A stretch of 47,740 nucleotides of DNA from an uncultured Bacillota bacterium (GTDB lineage: Bacteria; Bacillota; Clostridia; Christensenellales; UBA1242), in the NCBI GenBank assembly GCA_949298925.1, contig CASFYE010000044.1, positions 1 through 47,740 of the forward strand, in the 5' to 3' direction. Of the stretch, positions 40,573 through 47,740 are shown piece after piece. Made by a program: the position numbers and the translations under genes. Under the pieces are notes generated by a model. That model was not told where the DNA came from. It was given only the letters and a program-made list of their open reading frames with translations, and did not search any database. How positions within the stretch are numbered: the first letter of the stretch is position 1; every line of letters starts with the position of its first letter.

Positions 40573-42618
40573 TCATACTTTTTTTAAAAATTTAGATTTG
40601 TGTCCTTCGTAAATGAATTCGAGTTGGTGAAGAGCTCTGGTGGTTGCAACGTAAAGCATATTTTTATCTAATTCTGAGTGATAATTATTTTTATCAACAA
40701 AAGGTATAATTACATGATCAAACTCTATGCCTTTACTTGTCGCTGAAGTGGTTATGATAAGAGGGAAGTCGAAAGAATAGTCTGAGCCTAAGATGATTTC
40801 AAAGTTTTCTTTTCCTTCAAGCATTTGAGCAACTTTTTTTACTTCTTCCGACGTTTTGCAAACTATTGCAGTATGTTGATATTTTTCTTTGTTTTCATGA
40901 ATAAGTTTTAACAATGTTTTTTGAGTGTCGTCTGTTTTTATAATCGATGGGGTTTCACCATCTCTATTCATATTTATAACACCTTTTAGGCCAATTATTT
41001 TTTGACTTAAAAGTGAAATTTGTCGTGTTGAGCGATAGGTTTTGTTCAAAACAATCAATTTAGCTTTTAAAAAGCGCGATAGTTGAAGTAAATATTTTTT
41101 AGAAAGCGTTTTTTCGATGCATTGATTGATGTCGCCAAGAATAATTTTAGGGCAATCCCAAATCTTATTAAAAAGATAAAAATGTGTTGGTGAAAAGTCT
41201 TGCATTTCATCTATGATAACATATTTTGTTGAAAAATTACGGTTTAGTCCAAAAACAAATTGCTTAATGGTCATCAAAGTTGCAACATCTTCGTATGCAA
41301 TTTTTTCGAAGCCTGGCACAGTAAGTCCCTGTCGGCTGTAAAATATTTCGCAGATTTTGTAAATGTCTGAAATAGGGAAGAATCTATAAAGCATCGAGGT
41401 AAAGCGAGGTTTTATTAATTCTGTTTCTTTTGGAGACAGTCCAAATTTTTCTATAAGTATTTCGCTCATATATTCTATTCGCTTGTTTATAGGTAATGAT
41501 GCAAAAGACTCAAAATACAATTTGTTTATTTCTTCTTTTGAAAAACTAAACGCATTGTAAGAATCTTCTTTCGCGTCAGCAGGCTTAAACACCATGTCTC
41601 TTGCGGTAAAGATCGCGGCAAAGGTTTCGTTTAAAAATTTAATCAATGCTTCTAGATAATCAAATGAAGATTTGTAAGCTATTTCATTCAATTTCTTTTG
41701 ATCTTTTGAGTTGTAAATTTCATCCATAAGTTCTTCGCGAGATTGAATTGGACGTTTTAGTTCGGTTCGAGCGATGTGAGAAAAGGTCATCTCTATAACG
41801 TTGTCCTCTCCAAGTTCTGGCAACACGTCACTAACATAATCTGAAAAAAGATTTGAAGGCGACAAAATCAAAACGTCACTGCTCGTGAAATCATTGCGGT
41901 GGTTGTACAAAAGATAACCTGCTCTGTGTAGGGCAATGCTGGTTTTTCCTGAGCCAGCAACCCCCTGAACAAGAATCGTGTGAAAATTTTCTTCACGTAT
42001 TATAGCATTTTGTTCTTTTTGAATGGTTGAAACAATTTGGCGCATTTTAGGTGAGGCATGCTTGCTTAAAACTTCTTGTAAAATTTCATCGTTGATTGTT
42101 TCTTTCGTGTTTATATAATATTTTAGTTCGCCGTTTTCTATGCTATACTGACGCTTTAATGTGATTTCGCCCTCGACTTTGCCATCTGGTGATTCATATT
42201 CGCCTGTTCCTTCATCAAAGTTGTAGTAAAGACTGCTTATAGGGGCGCGCCAGTCATAAACGTAAGAACAATCTTTGTCTGCTATGTAATGTAGCCCAAT
42301 GTAAAACTTGTTGGATTTATCTAAATTTTTTTCTTTAAAGTCTATTCGCGCAAAATATGGCCGTGTTTTGATCTTATTAAAAAGATCTATTTTTTTGGTC
42401 ATAATTTCTGCCATGGCGTCCGCATCGTCGATTTTATTTATGTAATATGCTGATTCTGAGGTAGAAGATTCGTTGTCAATCATATAAAAATTTTCAGCTC
42501 TTTCATTTAATAGGGTTGTGCTAAGTCTTTTGGCATCTTCACGATTTTTTTCAAAGTCTTTTATGTTTTCATCAATAACTTCTTTTACTTTTTCAAGATA
42601 TTTTTTTTCTTCTTTCAT
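40573..42618 (-). CDS. helD: HelD-type UvrD-like helicase (RNA polymerase recycling ATPase)
   Basis: RPYFARIDF...FYIGLHYI...VYDWRAPISSLYYNF is an N-terminal HelD signature. Also present are Walker A VQGVAGSGKTSIALHRAGYLLY, IIDEMQD and the C-terminal helicase motif ATTRALHQL. The start was set to Met22 (MKEEKKY) after a GGGGGA RBS. Confidence 0.8.
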   Translation of the reverse strand: MKEEKKYLEKVKEVIDENIKDFEKNREDAKRLSTTLLNERAENFYMIDNESSTSESAYYINKIDDADAMAEIMTKKIDLFNKIKTRPYFARIDFKEKNLDKSNKFYIGLHYIADKDCSYVYDWRAPISSLYYNFDEGTGEYESPDGKVEGEITLKRQYSIENGELKYYINTKETINDEILQEVLSKHASPKMRQIVSTIQKEQNAIIREENFHTILVQGVAGSGKTSIALHRAGYLLYNHRNDFTSSDVLILSPSNLFSDYVSDVLPELGEDNVIEMTFSHIARTELKRPIQSREELMDEIYNSKDQKKLNEIAYKSSFDYLEALIKFLNETFAAIFTARDMVFKPADAKEDSYNAFSFSKEEINKLYFESFASLPINKRIEYMSEILIEKFGLSPKETELIKPRFTSMLYRFFPISDIYKICEIFYSRQGLTVPGFEKIAYEDVATLMTIKQFVFGLNRNFSTKYVIIDEMQDFSPTHFYLFNKIWDCPKIILGDINQCIEKTLSKKYLLQLSRFLKAKLIVLNKTYRSTRQISLLSQKIIGLKGVINMNRDGETPSIIKTDDTQKTLLKLIHENKEKYQHTAIVCKTSEEVKKVAQMLEGKENFEIILGSDYSFDFPLIITTSATSKGIEFDHVIIPFVDKNNYHSELDKNMLYVATTRALHQLEFIYEGHKSKFLKKV

Positions 42619-42715
42619 AAGCCAAAATCCCCCAAAAAAAATTTTGTGATTTATTATATCACAAGCTTTTATTAAAATCAATAGTTATAAAAAACAAAAA
42701 TGACATTCTGTGTAA

Positions 42716-42742
42716 CAAAAAAAGCATCTAATATAGATGCTT
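42716..42742 (-). terminator. intrinsic terminator
   Basis: On the minus strand, AAGCAUCUA-UAU-UAGAUGCUU is followed by a U-run. The plus-strand stem is 42722-42730/42734-42742. It overlaps the stop codon of the 129-aa ORF. Confidence 0.75.
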
Positions 42743-43130
42743 AAGCTTGAACTGCTGGCGCAGTAACCATAGGCCCAATAGCAGAATTTACCGTCATGTT
42801 AGCGATCAATGTTGAGATATGCAAAACAAGTGCCCTGCAAATTGGTGTGTTTTTAAAATAATCTTCCGGTTTAGCAAGCTCGTCATAATATTTTTTTTCA
42901 ATTGCTACATCCGCACTCATTTGAACAAAGATTTTAAACAGACACTCTGGTTCTGGCACAACACTTCTAGCCACTGTAACTCTTGCAATGTTGTCATTTA
43001 TAAGTTTGACTTCCACTTCATCGCCGACCCTTATATTTACCATGGTTCCTTCTTTTGGGGGATCCAACCTTTCAAATTCTGCTCTGTCCAACAAAGGTTT
43101 AAAATTCATGTTTTTAATTACTTTTTCCAT
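42741..43130 (-). CDS. hypothetical cytoplasmic protein (129 aa)
   Basis: The ORF has an AAGGAG RBS and its own terminator. I cannot confidently name a family. It might be a small DUF-type protein common in Bacilli. Confidence 0.6.
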   Translation of the reverse strand: MEKVIKNMNFKPLLDRAEFERLDPPKEGTMVNIRVGDEVEVKLINDNIARVTVARSVVPEPECLFKIFVQMSADVAIEKKYYDELAKPEDYFKNTPICRALVLHISTLIANMTVNSAIGPMVTAPAVQA

Positions 43131-43209
43131 TTTTGCTCCTTTTTAATTTTCTTTTGTTTTTAAATATTAACATTTTTTTTATAATAATTCAATGTTTGTG
43201 AAATGAAAG

Positions 43210-45711
43210 TTAATTCAGTTGTTCCGACGCGTCATTCGCTTCGTCAGAAGCGGAGTCTTCTTCTTTTTCAGCCAACGCAACTGCGACAATTTTTGCATCA
43301 CCTTTTAATTTCATGACTTTCACACCTTGGCTAACTCTTGATATATGGCTTATAGCATCTGTTGGGGTGCGGATGATAACGCCATTGTCAGTTGTTATGA
43401 GCAGGTCTTCATCACCCTCAACTTGTTTTAAAGCTACAAGTTTGCCTGTTTTTTCGTTGAATATTCCAGCTTTGATGCCCATTCCTCCGCGACCTTGTAG
43501 GCGGTAGTCGTTTATGCTCGATCGTTTTCCAAATCCCAACTCGGAGATGGTTACTATTTGTGTGTTTGGTTTTACTAGTGTCATGTCAATAGCACGCTCG
43601 CCATCATTAAATGTCATTGATTTTACGCCTTGTGAACCTCTTCCAGTTGCACGCACGTCTTTTTCACTAAATCTGATGCATTTGCCATCACTCGCTGCGA
43701 TGAGAATTTCATCGGTGCCACAAGAAAGTTCAACACCTATCAAGCAATCCTCTGGCATAAGTGAAATTGCAATTTTTCCATTTTTATTAATCTTTTCAAA
43801 TTCTATTAAATTGGTTTTTTTGATAAGGCCTCGTTGTGTAGCCATAATCAAAAAGCCTTGTGCATTCTCTTTTCTAGGAATAATAGCGGATATTTTTTCG
43901 TCGGCATCTAACATGATAAGGTTTACTATGCTTCGACCTTTAGCAGTTCGTTGCGCTTCTGGTATTTCATAAGCTTTTAGGCAATACACTTTTCCTTTTG
44001 TTGAGAAGAACAAAAGATCGTCATGAGATGATGTTGTAAACATCTTTTCAACATAGTCTTCGTCTTTCGTTTTGTGTGAAGTAACTCCAACACCGCCACG
44101 TTTTTGTGAATGATATTCTGTTGTGGACATGCGTTTTATATATCCAAGATGGGTCATAGAAATTACAACTTCTTCTTTTGGTATCAAATCGGCGATGTCA
44201 ATACCACCAACATCGAGGCTAATTTCTGTCCTACGTGCTTCGCCAAACTCTTGTTTAATTTCTTCCAGCTTGTCTATTATAATCTTCTTGACGCGCTCTG
44301 GTTTGGCAAGTATATCTTCTAAATCCGCTATCTTAGCATCAAGAGCTCTTAATTCCTCATTAAGCTTTTCAACTTCAAGACTTGTTAAGCGAGATAACTG
44401 CATTTCCAAAATCGCGTTTGCTTGAATTTTGTCTAGTTCAAAATTTTCAATAAGTCTTTCCATGGCTTCTTGCTTGTCATCTGATGATTTAATAATTTTT
44501 ATTACTTCATCAATGTTTGCAAGTGCTATCACTAAACCTTTTACAATATGTTCTCTTTCTTTTGCTTTCCCTAGATCAAACTGTGTGCTTCGTCTTACAA
44601 CATCGATTTGATGGTCGATATAACATTGTAAAAGCTCTTTCAAATTTAAAATTTTAGGTTGACCTTCAACTAGCGCTAACATGATGATGCCTTCGCCTTG
44701 TTGAAGTTGGGTGTGTTTGTAAAGCAAGTTTAAAACCACCTGAGCATTGGCGTCTTTTTTGATTTCTACAACGATGCGCATTCCGCTTCTGTCTGATTCT
44801 TCTTTGATGTCTGCAATGCCGTCAATTTTTTTGCTTTTTACTAAGTCGGCTACTTGCATAATGAACTTTGCTTTATTGACTTGATAAGGCAGTTCGGAGA
44901 TGATGATTCTTTGTCTGCCTGTAGAAGATTCTTCGATCTCGGCTTTTCCACGCAAAACAATTCCACCGCGTCCCGTTCGGTAGGCGTGTTTAATTGCACT
45001 TCTTCCCATGATAACGCCACCTGTTGGATAATCGGGGGCAGGAATATATGAAATAAGCTCGTCAATGTCGATGTCAGGATTGGCAATCAAAGCTTGCGTG
45101 CCCGTAATAACTTCTGTTAAATTGTGGGGAGGTATGTTGGTTGCCATACCAACGGCAATACCATCGGAGCCATTGACTAGCAAGTTTGGGAATTTTGCAG
45201 GCAAAACTGTTGGTTGCATAAGTGTGTCATCGAAGTTAGGGTAAAAAGCGACTGTCTCTTTGTCTATGTCTTCAAGCATCAATGATGCAATTTTTGACAA
45301 TCTTGCCTCAGTGTAACGCATAGCAGCAGGAGGGTCACCATCGACTGAACCGAAGTTGCCGTGTCCGTCGATTAATGGACATCTAATTGAGAAGTCTTGT
45401 GCAAGCCTTACCATAGCATCGTAAACAGAGCTGTCACCGTGTGGGTGAAATTTACCCATTACTTCACCAACGATTCTGGCGCATTTTTTAAATGGTTTGT
45501 CATAAAAATTGTTCAGTTCGCCCATTGAAAACAAGATTCTTCTGTGGACTGGTTTCAAACCGTCTCTAACATCAGGAATTGCCCTAGAAACGTTGACTGC
45601 CATTGCGTAAGATATGAAGGAGCGTTTCAATTCACCTACGGCATCGACTTTTTCAATTTTTGTGTTTGCTAGAAGTTCGGGTAGAGATTTCTTTTCATTT
45701 TCTTCTTTCAT
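43210..45711 (-). CDS. gyrA: DNA gyrase subunit A
   Basis: SYAMAVNVSRAIPDVRDGLKPVHRRIL, the active-site region AAMRYTEARL and a C-terminal beta-pinwheel with an acidic tail are present. Length is 833 aa. Confidence 0.95.
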   Translation of the reverse strand: MKEENEKKSLPELLANTKIEKVDAVGELKRSFISYAMAVNVSRAIPDVRDGLKPVHRRILFSMGELNNFYDKPFKKCARIVGEVMGKFHPHGDSSVYDAMVRLAQDFSIRCPLIDGHGNFGSVDGDPPAAMRYTEARLSKIASLMLEDIDKETVAFYPNFDDTLMQPTVLPAKFPNLLVNGSDGIAVGMATNIPPHNLTEVITGTQALIANPDIDIDELISYIPAPDYPTGGVIMGRSAIKHAYRTGRGGIVLRGKAEIEESSTGRQRIIISELPYQVNKAKFIMQVADLVKSKKIDGIADIKEESDRSGMRIVVEIKKDANAQVVLNLLYKHTQLQQGEGIIMLALVEGQPKILNLKELLQCYIDHQIDVVRRSTQFDLGKAKEREHIVKGLVIALANIDEVIKIIKSSDDKQEAMERLIENFELDKIQANAILEMQLSRLTSLEVEKLNEELRALDAKIADLEDILAKPERVKKIIIDKLEEIKQEFGEARRTEISLDVGGIDIADLIPKEEVVISMTHLGYIKRMSTTEYHSQKRGGVGVTSHKTKDEDYVEKMFTTSSHDDLLFFSTKGKVYCLKAYEIPEAQRTAKGRSIVNLIMLDADEKISAIIPRKENAQGFLIMATQRGLIKKTNLIEFEKINKNGKIAISLMPEDCLIGVELSCGTDEILIAASDGKCIRFSEKDVRATGRGSQGVKSMTFNDGERAIDMTLVKPNTQIVTISELGFGKRSSINDYRLQGRGGMGIKAGIFNEKTGKLVALKQVEGDEDLLITTDNGVIIRTPTDAISHISRVSQGVKVMKLKGDAKIVAVALAEKEEDSASDEANDASEQLN

Positions 45712-45753
45712 TTTTCCCTCTAAAAATTTTATATATTTTTTTAATAATCAAAA

Positions 45754-47715
<1,962 letters not shown>

Positions 47716-47740
47716 TTATATAAATATAATATATTATATA

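Noticed and set aside
42819-43163. A 114-aa plus-strand ORF
   Set aside because: It is antisense to the 129-aa minus-strand gene, which has an AAGGAG RBS and its own terminator. Its translation is Phe/Ile/Cys-rich, typical of an AT-rich antisense frame.

Overview
This window looks like a low-GC Firmicutes/Bacilli-type chromosome segment. Supporting markers are a T-box leader, HelD, YugP-type peptidases and a PASTA-bearing class B PBP. It uses genetic code 11, with TGA as a stop.

Housekeeping genes I recognise:
- rsmH, an FtsL-like gene and a PBP2B/FtsI-like gene, which together form a fragmented start of the dcw cluster
- glyQS with its T-box leader, and a YbiT/YfmM-type ABC-F ATPase
- cls, the hisS-tmk-uvrC operon, helD, gyrA and gyrB
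- tRNA-Arg(ACG) and tRNA-Gly(CCC)

Between these lie large orphan envelope proteins:
- a 938-aa CvpA-domain fusion
- two acidic lipoproteins
- a 3586-aa membrane-anchored giant protein with internal tandem duplication

A minus-strand operon encodes a collagen-like/beta-helix protein, a putative amidase-domain protein, an S1 protease lipoprotein and a nucleoside hydrolase.

The most unusual signal is non-coding. Three ~80-nt elements (6841-6919, 29529-29610, 36301-36379) share no obvious primary sequence. All three fold into the same compact four-way junction: a 9-11 bp closing stem enclosing three near-perfect hairpins with 3-5 nt loops. I cannot match this to any RNA family I know.

Other points worth a second look:
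- a glyQS T-box with an apparently ultrashort Stem I
- a cluster of DnaA boxes upstream of hisS
- a duplicated 3' fragment of tRNA-Arg that looks like an att scar
- a frameshifted and truncated surface-protein gene broken at an A7G5 homopolymer
- a tRNA-Gly with an atypical T-loop

I saw no CRISPR array, transposase or integrase.
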